From assembly GCA_009859145.1 (NCBI GenBank), contig VRVR01000017.1, forward strand, positions 207,428-271,427: a stretch of DNA of 64,000 nucleotides. The letters are read 5' to 3'. The translations under genes were made by a program, and so were the position numbers. This DNA is from Andalucia godoyi And28 (taxonomy: Eukaryota; Protista; Jakobida). The notes beneath the pieces are model-generated. The model had not been told where the DNA came from, ran no database searches, and worked only from the letters and a program-made list of their open reading frames with translations. Shown here one piece after another: positions 28,841 to 38,890 of this stretch; position 1 is the stretch's first letter; each line of letters starts with the position of its first letter.

Positions 28841-31066
28841 TTACCGTTTCTGAGCCCTCTTGAGAAGTTCGGAAACAAACGTGTACAAGAAATCATGCAG
28901 ACCGTGGAGGCCCTTCTCCTTTAGATAGTCGATGTAGTCGAACTTGCGACTTTCCAGGACGGAATTGACTTGGGCAGTGGCCTCGCTCGTTGACAGACCC
29001 ATTGCTTCTTTGGCGAACATCACGCACAGCCCACGCAGGGACGGAAGCAGAGCGACCGACAGACATCCGTTGAGATCCTTTATCCCAGAAAACTGCTCGA
29101 GATTGCCCTTTGGAACATTGAACAACATCGTCTCTTCATTCTTGATGTTGGACGAAAAGGCAATGGGCTTCCACAAGCAATACGAAAAGTCGCGGATGAA
29201 CCTGTTGAAATTCTCGAGTTCTTCCAGACCTTGCGGAAAACTCAGATTGCTGGGGTATGTTGCATTCTTCTTCAGAGCCGCGAACTCGTGTTTGTACTGC
29301 GCAATCAATCCACACACACGGTCAACGCAGTACGGATTCGACGATAAGAACGAATGGTAGACGATTGTCGTGGAGGGCCGAACAACGAAGGGGAGATTGA
29401 ATTTGGTATGGAACTTCGACAACATCTCGGAAAAATCCAGACATGCGGACAGCACCAGCGGATGATCACAATCCGAAATTGCGCACAGAGTGTGAATCCT
29501 ATCGCAATAGTGCACAAACTCATACAGTGCGCGGAGATAGTCGACATCGGACGGCAGCTTCGAAAAGAGAGAGGGTCCAGCCTGCGACATGTCAATCGAA
29601 TCGTCAGCAGCAGCAGCAGCAGCAGTGGCCGCGGCCGCTTTCACGGACACCCTTTGCAGCAGAGACCAGTCAAACGTCAGCCAGTATCGCAACATTCGAT
29701 ACAGCGCATTCAGCACTTTGGCCTTCGACAGAGAGGACAAGTCGAAAAGCTTACGATGAAGCGGCACAAGCACTTCCGGATAAACGTCCTCGTACGGCGC
29801 AGGCTTGAGCAGAGCAATCAGTCCACAAATCTGATCCAAAAACAAGTGTCCATTCCACGACGCCAAAAGTTTCATGAGAAATCCTTCCAACTGATGGGGA
29901 AGCTCTTGAAACTTTTGCGAGAACGAAACGACCGAATCAAAAATAGCAACGGCGTCAGTTCTTGCCTTTGGAGTGGACAAGTCTCTGGACAAGCAATAAT
30001 CCTCGAGAGTGAACTCAAGCCAGCAAGACAGTCGTTTGACAAACATCGGATCCGGCTGCACACGTAACACGTGATGCAGCATGTGGCTCTCCAGGACGGA
30101 CGACACATCCAACGGCAAAGCCACGCGTTCAAAGAACTGTGACAGTTCTGAAAGTGAGACCAGTTCATCGACAGCGATCTTTGAAGCATCCGAAGGCAGC
30201 GTAAACGAGGAAGAGTCGGATGATCCCATTCTCTTTGGACGTTTTGCCAATGGAGCGGTCGAAGCCGTGCTGTCGTCAATACGTTGCACTGCAAGCGTGA
30301 GTGGCAAGTTCTGCGCCGTCTTCGACAGCGAGTTCACACCAAGAACTCGCTCTCTGAGTGCCCGGTCTGCGGGTTTCAACAGGTTGATCACAGGCGTCCC
30401 TTTCCGAGGAGGTAAACTGAAATGCCTGTCATACTGCACATACAAACTCAGCAAGGCATAGATTGGTCCATCGTGCAGGAATCTCTCGTGCAATGCAACG
30501 AGCCTGCGAACTCGGTGAGGCACGACGTCTTCCCTTCTGGTCAGTCGAAACAGCAGCTGAAAGAGAGGGAAGCGAAGAGTTTCAAATTCAACGAATTGGA
30601 ACAACACGGAGTAGACTTGATGGAAGACATCGAGGTCATCCAAGCAGTCAAACACAGAGCATATCCATTTCAGACACGTTCCCTGGAAATCATGGGAAAT
30701 GCTTCCTTGCAGAACAGGAATGTTCAAATTATTCTTTTGAAAGCTGGACTTCGGAATGTCAGCGAGTCCCGACAGTCTCCCAGCGAGAGAAAGCACTGTG
30801 CTCGAGCGAACAAATGTCCTCGGCAGCGCACAGTGAGTCATGATTTTCGATGCAATTCTTCTCGGAATCTCAAGAAGGGGAGAAGATACAATATCTAGAA
30901 GCGTGTGGATCTGCTCGGCATCCAGCCCACACTGCGGAGCGAGAACCTCCATTTCAGCAACTCGCGGTTCAAGGTACCGTGCTCCATTATCATTTGAATA
31001 GGCTGCAATTTCTTGAACCAGCGCATCGATCCTCGAGAGATGCGCAGAAAGTGCAGCAGAACTCAT
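28841..31066 (-). CDS. CENPI: Centromere protein I (CENP-I/Mis6/Ctf3)
   Basis: LFRLTRREDVVPHRVRRLVAL, VYSVLFQFVEFETLRFPLFQLL, LLASWNGHLF and VCGLIAQYKHEF resemble conserved CENP-I blocks; 741 aa is typical. Confidence 0.8.
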   Translation of the reverse strand: MSSAALSAHLSRIDALVQEIAAYSNDNGARYLEPRVAEMEVLAPQCGLDAEQIHTLLDIVSSPLLEIPRRIASKIMTHCALPRTFVRSSTVLSLAGRLSGLADIPKSSFQKNNLNIPVLQGSISHDFQGTCLKWICSVFDCLDDLDVFHQVYSVLFQFVEFETLRFPLFQLLFRLTRREDVVPHRVRRLVALHERFLHDGPIYALLSLYVQYDRHFSLPPRKGTPVINLLKPADRALRERVLGVNSLSKTAQNLPLTLAVQRIDDSTASTAPLAKRPKRMGSSDSSSFTLPSDASKIAVDELVSLSELSQFFERVALPLDVSSVLESHMLHHVLRVQPDPMFVKRLSCWLEFTLEDYCLSRDLSTPKARTDAVAIFDSVVSFSQKFQELPHQLEGFLMKLLASWNGHLFLDQICGLIALLKPAPYEDVYPEVLVPLHRKLFDLSSLSKAKVLNALYRMLRYWLTFDWSLLQRVSVKAAAATAAAAAADDSIDMSQAGPSLFSKLPSDVDYLRALYEFVHYCDRIHTLCAISDCDHPLVLSACLDFSEMLSKFHTKFNLPFVVRPSTTIVYHSFLSSNPYCVDRVCGLIAQYKHEFAALKKNATYPSNLSFPQGLEELENFNRFIRDFSYCLWKPIAFSSNIKNEETMLFNVPKGNLEQFSGIKDLNGCLSVALLPSLRGLCVMFAKEAMGLSTSEATAQVNSVLESRKFDYIDYLKEKGLHGLHDFLYTFVSELLKRAQKR

Positions 31067-31335
31067 TGTTTCTGCGTTTTCCTTTTCTTTTCCTTTTCTT
31101 TAACCCTCGCTTCTTTTTCTTGTGTACTTGCTATCCCCTCTCCCGCAACTTGTGTAACCAACGGGCTGTTAGATCGAGCAATGTGCCTTTGCAAAAAATA
31201 TGTGCAGCAAAAACCCTCTGAAATTCCTAATCAGGACAAATATTGGTTTTTTAAAATTGTTTTATTATTATTATTTTTTTATTATTTAAATATATATAAA
31301 TATATTTTTATTTTGGGCTGACCAAGCGACCGTTT

Positions 31336-31344
31336 TTTGGCGGG
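31336..31344 (+). promoter_or_regulatory. E2F-like element TTTGGCGGG in the CENP-I / 32061 divergent spacer
   Basis: Matches the WTTSSCSS consensus. The same 9-mer occurs at 11452-11460 and 62229-62237, and a related TTTCCCGCC at 9110-9118. Function is inferred. Confidence 0.35.
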
Positions 31345-32060
31345 CAAAAAGAAAAACAGAAGGGCACACACAAAAACAGCTGAGAAGAATGTACAATCAA
31401 GTGATGCTGCGGATCTTTTCGTTTTCCCCTCGAAGGCCTTGCCTTTCCGCAAACACTTGGTCAGTGTCTTTTTGTTTTGGGTCTTTCTTCTTCGTTATAT
31501 CCTGCTTGTATGCACATCTTTCGTCATCAACGAATCTTTTGTTGCGAGGAGAAAAGGAGAGTTGTTGGGGGAATTCCTCTCGTTCTTTTTATTTTTTATT
31601 TTTTTACCCCTTCTCCTCTCTTGAAGACTCTAACGGACGAATTTTCAAAACTTTTCACTTTTCCCCTTCTCTCTTGTCTTCTCGTCTGCACGAAAAAATC
31701 GTATTGTTTACTGTCCAAGAAAAAGCGTATGTCTTCCAAGGTTTCTCTCTTTTTCATCCTCCCTTATTTTCCTCTTCGCTGCCCCTCCCCCCTGCTTCCT
31801 CTCTTTTTGTACGCTTGTATGCCAGCGGTGTGTTTGATCACCTCGACATTTTCCCGCTGCAACCTCCACAACAAATAACAAAGAAAAAGAAGAAACAAGA
31901 AACAAGAAGCAAACAAAGTATTCATTCTGGTCGTTTGTGAGAGGGGGGGAGTCGCTTTATAGTCTCGAGAGAAAAAATTAACCACAACTTCAGAATAACT
32001 TATATATACTTATGAATTTTGATTTCCTTGTTTGAACAAAACAAAAACAAAAAACAAAAA

Positions 32061-35000
32061 ATGGATAGCCGTCCTTCGATCCACCGGTCCAGATCCGCAC
32101 TTCAGCCACACACGCTATCTCCGTCTTCAAGAGAGCTTGTGCCAGTTGTCTACGCTCCGTTGAATCCGCTTCAGCGACGACATTCTGCACAATTTACTCC
32201 ACAGGGTCCGTCGTCTTTTTTTCATTCTGATCCGCGAGACGCTGCACCTGCGACATCCAGACCGCCTCAGGATCTGTTAACTGCAGAAGAACAGAGAAGA
32301 CTCGAAGAAGACCAGGCAGACTTTGCCCAAGCAATCCGCGTGTTTTCCGAAAAGCCATCATCGCTGAATTCTGGAGCAGACCCCTCGAAAAGGAAAACAC
32401 AGCTCCAGCCTGCTTCCTACAGTACTCCAGCGCAGCGTAGGCTATCTCTGAGCAGCGAGAAAGTTCCTGAAACTTCCAGTCCGGAGCGCAATTCCGACCT
32501 CGATTTATCACCGTCTACAGACGAGAAGAAGAAGCAGAAAGAGCACAGCTCCTCTTTCTCTGCATTTCCACAGGCGTTTATAAGCAGCGGGCCGCACACA
32601 CTCGCATCGAGAGTTGCCGAGGACCGCCAAAGGCCGCGATCTGCACTTCGGCTCTTATCGCAAAATCAGCAAGAAGAGCCGCAGTTCAGCTCGTCGGTAC
32701 CTTCGTCCACAACAGCGTCTTCTGCACGACTCAAGAGAAACGCATCGATCAGCTTTGCAGCCAGTGTAGAAACACCGAAGCTCGGCAGAAGACTTTCCGC
32801 AGCCTCCGATCTCTCTCACTCTTCATCCGAATCACAAGCAGAGCATTCTTCGTCGCTGCCCGCTTCCAGTGCTTCCGCTTCTGCATCTGCATCCGCACGA
32901 GCTTCCACTGCTGCAACTCCCGCTACTGCACTCTCGAGGGCCGCATCGCAAAAACAGCTACGCCAACCATCGACCGGGTCTCTTCTTCTACGACAAGCGT
33001 CCACTTCCAGCCTTCGCCACGCGCTCCAGCAGCTTCAGCAACAGCAGGACATTGCAGACCGGAGCAGACTTCAACAACTCCAGGAACAGGATTCGAACGA
33101 CTCGGACGACTCTGAAAACAACGACCACACTAGTAGTTCCTCTTCGCAGCGTGTCCGTCCTTCTCCTATTATTGTTGCTCCTTCCATCTCAAGAGAGGCA
33201 TCCCTCGCGAAGAACTTATTGTCGCATTCTCGCTCACAGTCCGACTCCCTTGTCTCAGCAAGACAGCCTCTTTCCCTTTCTCACGCACCATACAGCAGCC
33301 GATCTCTATCCATGTCTTCTGCGAAGCGCGATGACGACGCGTCGTCTGTGGGCACCTCGTCATCCAAGCGAATTGTGTTGATTAAGAGACGGAAAACCAA
33401 AGAAGGAGATCTCACACCTCGTGCGGAAGGATCCGCAACGCCAAATACCGGAGCTTCTCCGAGAGTTGGATCTGCCACAAGCTCTGCTGCTCCGTCTCCG
33501 ATGCGCACTCCGGTCGCAGCAAGCACCATTATTCCTTCATCCTCCTCGTTGTCGGTTGAGCGTCCGTCGTCGCCAACCATGTCCTCGTCCTCGGTGAGGG
33601 TGCGGCTGATCAAAAGGAGAAAAGACAAATCAGGCGCCTCAACCTCGGGTTCTCCTCCAGCTTCTCCTCGTCCAGATACGGTAGACGGCGAATCCGCAGC
33701 TGCGGAGGCACCACCATCACAGAGCGCTTCCTTCAGAACTACGGACGTCGTTGGTCTATTCAAAGACGTCGAGACAGCTGCCAAAGTCATTTCCAAGCTT
33801 TCGGACAGCCAGACCCCAAGATCTCCTCATGCGTCGGAAAGTGGGCGCTCAACACCACGCAGCCGCTCTGCTTCCGTCATTGGCATGCAAAAGCCACCGG
33901 GGTCTCCTGTTGTTGTTCACTTGGCGGGCTCCGTTCCCCGCGCTCCTTCATTTTCCTCCGTGCGAAGCACCGAAGCTGGCACGGGCATTGTAACCCCCAA
34001 GCTCCAGGAATTTTCGGGATTTTCTGTTCCGGCGTCTGGTGCGGGGAGCCCTGCGGCGAGCGAGAAGCCGATGGCAGGCCCAACATCGCCGCGGATCCTT
34101 GTTTCCCAGTCTTCTCCGAAACCGGCATCTTCCAATGCAGTTGCAGCGGGAGATCGTTTGACGGAGAGTCTGTTGAACATTCCGACTGTTGAGAGCACGA
34201 ATGTCACTCCGCGCACGTCATCCTCCAGCAAGGAATTGTTTTCCTCTTTTAATGCTTCACAGCTACCCGCGAGCACTATGAGTAGGCCGTCGTCTGTGCA
34301 GCATCTTCGTCCAATCTCCGCGGATGCTGCGAAGACACAGAAGACGGAAACTCTTTCACGGACGTCATCTTCATCCTCGACTGCAGTTTCCACTTCTGCT
34401 CAGGCCCCGGCCGTGCCTTCTCTTGCAGCGTCAGGTGCTGCAGGCACTGCAATTCCATCTGCTTCTTCGGGGGGTTTCCCGCATTCTCCGAGATCCGATG
34501 CTTTGCGAAGACAGGCTTTCCTGAAAGCTATGGGAGGCGGTGGAGATACCCCACCGTCGCCAACGCGCTCTCGCTCCCTCTCGGTTCCTTCCGCAATTTC
34601 TCGTCCAGATTCTTCGTCGCATGGAAGCGCATTGAGTGGCGCTTCCTCTCACGGTGCCTCCTTCGGTGGTCGAGAATCGCCGTCGCGCTTAGTTGCCCAG
34701 CGGCCTGCCCCGATTCGCACAGATGCAGTCCCTCAAGGAGCTGCTTCCGGCCCTGGATCCAGTGCGTCTTCTTCTGCATCTTCCCTGCCGCCCTCTGCTC
34801 GTCAGCAATCTCAAACGGGATTCCAACAGGTTCCACCGTCCGTGCATCCCCAGGGCACTCCACCAAAGATGAAAACGCCAAGCGTAGCTTCATTGAAGCC
34901 GTCTTCTGCTGCTACTGCATCAAATTACTCGACGAGGAGTTCTGCTTCTGGTCGATTCGATGCAGGGGATGTCAATGTTCTGGATGTTTCTGCAGAAATT

Positions 35001-36065
35001 GACCGTGCCCTGTCATCGTCTGCTCGATTGGATCGCAGCATTGACGAGGATTCGTTGCTGAACTCGTCGTTTGTGTCTGGAATTCATGCCATCGACAAAG
35101 ATTCGCACCTGCACGGCCTTGTCATGGAAGAGATTTCTTGGTTGCTGGAGCGAAATCGCAGCCTGGAGAAAGAGCTTGCGGAGGAAAGGAAGTTGAATTC
35201 AACGCTGCAAGAAAAAGTCACATATGCGGAGAGACTGTTCGAGCACGAAAAGCGGCAAACAGGACGACTTGCTGAACAGGTTCGGTCCCTGGAAGTCGAA
35301 GTTCGTTCGCTGAAATCGGATCTATCTGTCTCCCGGTCATTCCAGAACGCAGAGCTCCAGAAAAGCTCGGAACTCAACAGCAAGTTGGCGGAAGCTGAAG
35401 CTGCATTGAGCACCAGTGTCGCAAAGTGCGGCGAGCTGCAAGCGGAAGTTAGAGCAATGGAAGAGTATCGTGGAAAGTTTGCGGAACTCTCGGGGAAGCT
35501 TGATCTTTCCCAAAGAAAGGACGCTCAGATTTTGGATTTGGAATCTCGTGTTCGGTCATCGGAAAGTGCTGTCCTCTCCGTCAAGGAAGACATGCACCAG
35601 CGTGACATGCAGATTGAGATGTTGACGGCAGACATTGAATTTCTGACAGCAGAATTGCAGACCAAGACGAAACTGAACAAAGAGCTCCGGGTACAGGTCG
35701 ACCACCTGACCTCGAAGCAGGACCGCATGAAGATGGAAATGACAGATCTCATCCGTCTGTACATCTCGAACCATCCGGATTTGCAGAATCGAGCGATACG
35801 TGCACAAGCATACATCTCCGATTCAGAAGCATCCAGTCTAAGGCAGTTTACGTCCGCCTTTGAGGATCCAGGTCTTGGCGAGGATATTGTTGACGCTTTC
35901 TTGCAAGAAGCGTCAGCTCCTTCTTCCAGATCGGAGCTGGCAATGCAGGTCAATTCGGACATGTTTTCCCAGAGGTTGGACGACATTTTGAGGGAAACCA
36001 ATCGAGAGCCCTTCAGCAAACAGCCTGCCGGCAAGACACGCACCTCTCCGAGACGATTCAAATAG
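32061..36065 (+). CDS. Large Ser-rich disordered protein with a C-terminal coiled coil (about 1330 aa)
   Basis: Single ORF; first ATG at 32061 after an A-rich leader; heptad-rich region LLERNRSLEKEL...LTSKQDRMKME. Confidence 0.88.
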   Translation: MDSRPSIHRSRSALQPHTLSPSSRELVPVVYAPLNPLQRRHSAQFTPQGPSSFFHSDPRDAAPATSRPPQDLLTAEEQRRLEEDQADFAQAIRVFSEKPSSLNSGADPSKRKTQLQPASYSTPAQRRLSLSSEKVPETSSPERNSDLDLSPSTDEKKKQKEHSSSFSAFPQAFISSGPHTLASRVAEDRQRPRSALRLLSQNQQEEPQFSSSVPSSTTASSARLKRNASISFAASVETPKLGRRLSAASDLSHSSSESQAEHSSSLPASSASASASASARASTAATPATALSRAASQKQLRQPSTGSLLLRQASTSSLRHALQQLQQQQDIADRSRLQQLQEQDSNDSDDSENNDHTSSSSSQRVRPSPIIVAPSISREASLAKNLLSHSRSQSDSLVSARQPLSLSHAPYSSRSLSMSSAKRDDDASSVGTSSSKRIVLIKRRKTKEGDLTPRAEGSATPNTGASPRVGSATSSAAPSPMRTPVAASTIIPSSSSLSVERPSSPTMSSSSVRVRLIKRRKDKSGASTSGSPPASPRPDTVDGESAAAEAPPSQSASFRTTDVVGLFKDVETAAKVISKLSDSQTPRSPHASESGRSTPRSRSASVIGMQKPPGSPVVVHLAGSVPRAPSFSSVRSTEAGTGIVTPKLQEFSGFSVPASGAGSPAASEKPMAGPTSPRILVSQSSPKPASSNAVAAGDRLTESLLNIPTVESTNVTPRTSSSSKELFSSFNASQLPASTMSRPSSVQHLRPISADAAKTQKTETLSRTSSSSSTAVSTSAQAPAVPSLAASGAAGTAIPSASSGGFPHSPRSDALRRQAFLKAMGGGGDTPPSPTRSRSLSVPSAISRPDSSSHGSALSGASSHGASFGGRESPSRLVAQRPAPIRTDAVPQGAASGPGSSASSSASSLPPSARQQSQTGFQQVPPSVHPQGTPPKMKTPSVASLKPSSAATASNYSTRSSASGRFDAGDVNVLDVSAEIDRALSSSARLDRSIDEDSLLNSSFVSGIHAIDKDSHLHGLVMEEISWLLERNRSLEKELAEERKLNSTLQEKVTYAERLFEHEKRQTGRLAEQVRSLEVEVRSLKSDLSVSRSFQNAELQKSSELNSKLAEAEAALSTSVAKCGELQAEVRAMEEYRGKFAELSGKLDLSQRKDAQILDLESRVRSSESAVLSVKEDMHQRDMQIEMLTADIEFLTAELQTKTKLNKELRVQVDHLTSKQDRMKMEMTDLIRLYISNHPDLQNRAIRAQAYISDSEASSLRQFTSAFEDPGLGEDIVDAFLQEASAPSSRSELAMQVNSDMFSQRLDDILRETNREPFSKQPAGKTRTSPRRFK

Positions 36066-36348
36066 TTGTCTGGTGTGTCCGTCTTTTTCTTCTTTTTCTT
36101 TCTTTTCTCTTCCCCATTATTACAAAGACATTATAACTCTTCTTGTTATTATTTTTTGAGTTGCAATGAGGTAAATGTAGTCAATTATTTTATGCATTTC
36201 TTTTGTTGTTTTCCCCGCTTCTTCGTTCTTTTCTTCCACGCATTTCCGGTACACACAAAAAAGAAAAGAGGAAGAGGAAGAAGAAGAAGAAGATGGAGGA
36301 GGAGGAGAAGAAAAAGAGCCTGTTGTCGTTCATCACTTTCCTCTCCCG

Positions 36349-37800
36349 TCAAGACGAGAGTTTAAACTTCCAAATGATTCTGGGGTCTCGCACGCGAGAT
36401 CGCACAATGTCACTCTCGACAAGTGGTGACGCGGGAAACCGCAGATATGACACGTCCGAAGAAGATCCTAAATTCCTGACGCTCCGCACAATGATTCGTT
36501 TCTTCTTGGGAGGCTCTGTCGTGTTTCCAGGAACGCCGACTGCGTGGTCTGCAGTTTCGCCAAACGCTGCCACCAAGGATCTTGTGACGCGTCTGCCAGG
36601 CAAACTCGCGATTGCTGCTGCTGGCTCATCATTGGCACCTTCTCGAGGACTAGGCCGCCCAATGATCAACGATGCCTGAACTGGACAAGCAGGCTCCGGG
36701 CAACTCGATCTGCATTTCCGAGAAGACAATCAGCAAACAGGGGACCATCATTCACCGTGAGAAACCGAGATTTTTGAAAACGGAGGAAGATGGTACAGAA
36801 AGGACAGAAAGACAGAGAATGTAAAGCAGCAACAACAGTAACAACAACAGAGACAACAAGAACATACGTTGACGAAGAGAGAACGATGTTGTGACGCACG
36901 AAACGATTGCGCTGACCGGTTCGGAGCACGTTAGGGCATTTCACAGTGAGCACTGATCTCCAAATGTCGCCCTTTGTGAAGATTCTCGAATTCAAGGCCT
37001 GGAACTCAAAAATGCGCATCAAACTCGTTAGAAGATCACATGACAAAAATAAATATGAAACAATAGTAGTAGTGGTAGTAGTAATAGTAGTAGTAATAAT
37101 AATAATAATAATAAAGAATGAGAGAAGAAGAATACGGAACGTACACTGGCGTCGTTCAGCCGTCGAAGAAAGACGTCCCACTGCGAGTAAACCGAGTCTG
37201 AGTAATGGAGCCAATTCTGGATATTTCTGCATCTCAAATGGCGGAGAAGGGCAATCAGACCAGTGTCGGTCAGCATCAGCTTGTTCCCAATGACCATAAA
37301 GTACAGTTTCCGCAAGCACTGCTGCAGATACACCGTCAGCGACAAGACTCGACCGTTAATCCCGTGTGTGTAATTTGTTTTCTGCAAAGTAGCACGTGCA
37401 TGCGTCCTCATTCCATAAACCACAGCAACAACACAGTTATCATCATCATTAATGAACCATCATTAACATTAATAATGTTGTTATTGTTAACATTTGCGAA
37501 TGACGGTCAGTTCTTTGCGCGGACTGCGACAACGGCATGTACGCATGCTACAACGTGTGACTGTAGCATGCTCACCCAAGGAAGAGCATCAAACGTCGGG
37601 AAGAACTGAACCACCAAAATAATGAGAACAGTATAAAATAATTTGCATACGAATAGCAAGTCTTGAAGATCCTGCAGAGAGACCGGCTTTCCAAATCGAC
37701 TCAGAAACGCAGCGAGCAAAATCCGGTGTTCTGCATAGTCCATTCCTGTGTACAAGTTTGGAACTGTAACCACCGTGTCCATCAGCACAAGATCGTCCAT
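36349..37800 (-). CDS. Five-exon hypothetical protein (about 302 aa) not visible as one ORF
   Basis: Exons 37800-37651, 37605-37576, 37381-37145, 36998-36868, 36709-36349. Donors GTATGC, GTGAGC, GTACGT, GTATGT; all acceptors CAG; phases 0,0,0,2 all consistent; CTAAC branch motif in intron 3. Confidence 0.78.
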
Positions 37801-37949
37801 TCTTTGTCCCGCGTCTCTCAGCAGTAGGAAACAAATTTCCCAAAAGTCCCGTAAACGCCCCACTGCCAAGTCCCAGCCCTTCTTGACTCCTTTCTCTCGT
37901 TTTTCATTTCGCGATCTCTCTCTCACGCACACACACACACACACACACA

Positions 37950-37991
<42 letters not shown>

Positions 37992-38204
37992 AAATCTGCA
38001 TGTCGGGGTGTTTTCGGACTTTTCGGATCCAGAGACACAGCTCTACTGTTCGCCTTTCTGTAGTGCCTTGCGAATTGGGAAAAAATGGTTACTGCGCCGA
38101 GTCTTATATCTCTGTTTTATTTATTTATGCATTATTATTATTATTGTTGTTGTTTTATTTCCTGGGGTCGAGGGCGGTGCACAAGTGGGCAAGGTGAGCA
38201 AGAA

Positions 38205-38621
38205 ATGGGAGTTCCAGAGATCAGTGTTACTGGAGTGACGATTCGTCCCGAGGATGCGTCTCCGCTGTCGAGTGCGTTGGACTTGGAGCTGGTTTACGGG
38301 AGTTCGGCGCCGATTGCAAATGCCACTTGGGATCTAAAGTATGTTGTGGACTGTGCGGCAACACGACACGTCATTGAGCTTGGCCGCATTTCCGTTGGCG
38401 GAGGAGGAGTCGTCCAAGGAGAAAACACGATTGCGTTTTCGACACCTGGAATTGACTTTACTGGAATTAAACGGAGCGTCTTGCTCAATGTCGGACTGCT
38501 GATTGCGACGCTGTTTGACGAGTCTTCGCACGAACAGGTGATCCAGGTCTCGTTTGTTGTGCAGATTGAATCAAAGGATGACAAATCTCTATGGAGAACA
38601 ATCTTCAGTCCACTGGAATAA
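38205..38621 (+). CDS. Divergent ASF1-like Ig-fold protein, 138 aa
   Basis: ATG at 38205. The pattern ISVTGVTI..P..L..ALDLELVY...ATWDLKYVVD...IELG...GENTIAFSTP...LLNVGLL...VIQVSFVVQ parallels the ASF1 core (V.NV.V..NP..F..PF.FEITF...LEWKIIYVG...VG.TVVL...FIRVGYYV). Confidence 0.7.
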   Translation: MGVPEISVTGVTIRPEDASPLSSALDLELVYGSSAPIANATWDLKYVVDCAATRHVIELGRISVGGGGVVQGENTIAFSTPGIDFTGIKRSVLLNVGLLIATLFDESSHEQVIQVSFVVQIESKDDKSLWRTIFSPLE

Positions 38622-38890
38622 AGAACAAAGCAAAACAAAACAAAACAAAACAAACGAACAGATCGCGATTTGTGCTTTGTCGTTAAATATCAAGGACAGC
38701 ACGGGGAAAAAAAAACAACGCACTCACACTATATAAAGTATCAAGAGAAAGCGGACGAACAGGGGGAGCAGGAGGAAAGAATGCGAACACGCTGACGAAG
38801 TGTCAACGGACGTTAGCAGGAGCAACACCCACACATGATGAAGAAAGACCTGGAAAGAAACAGAGAGGTCGCAAGAAACAAAAATGCTAT

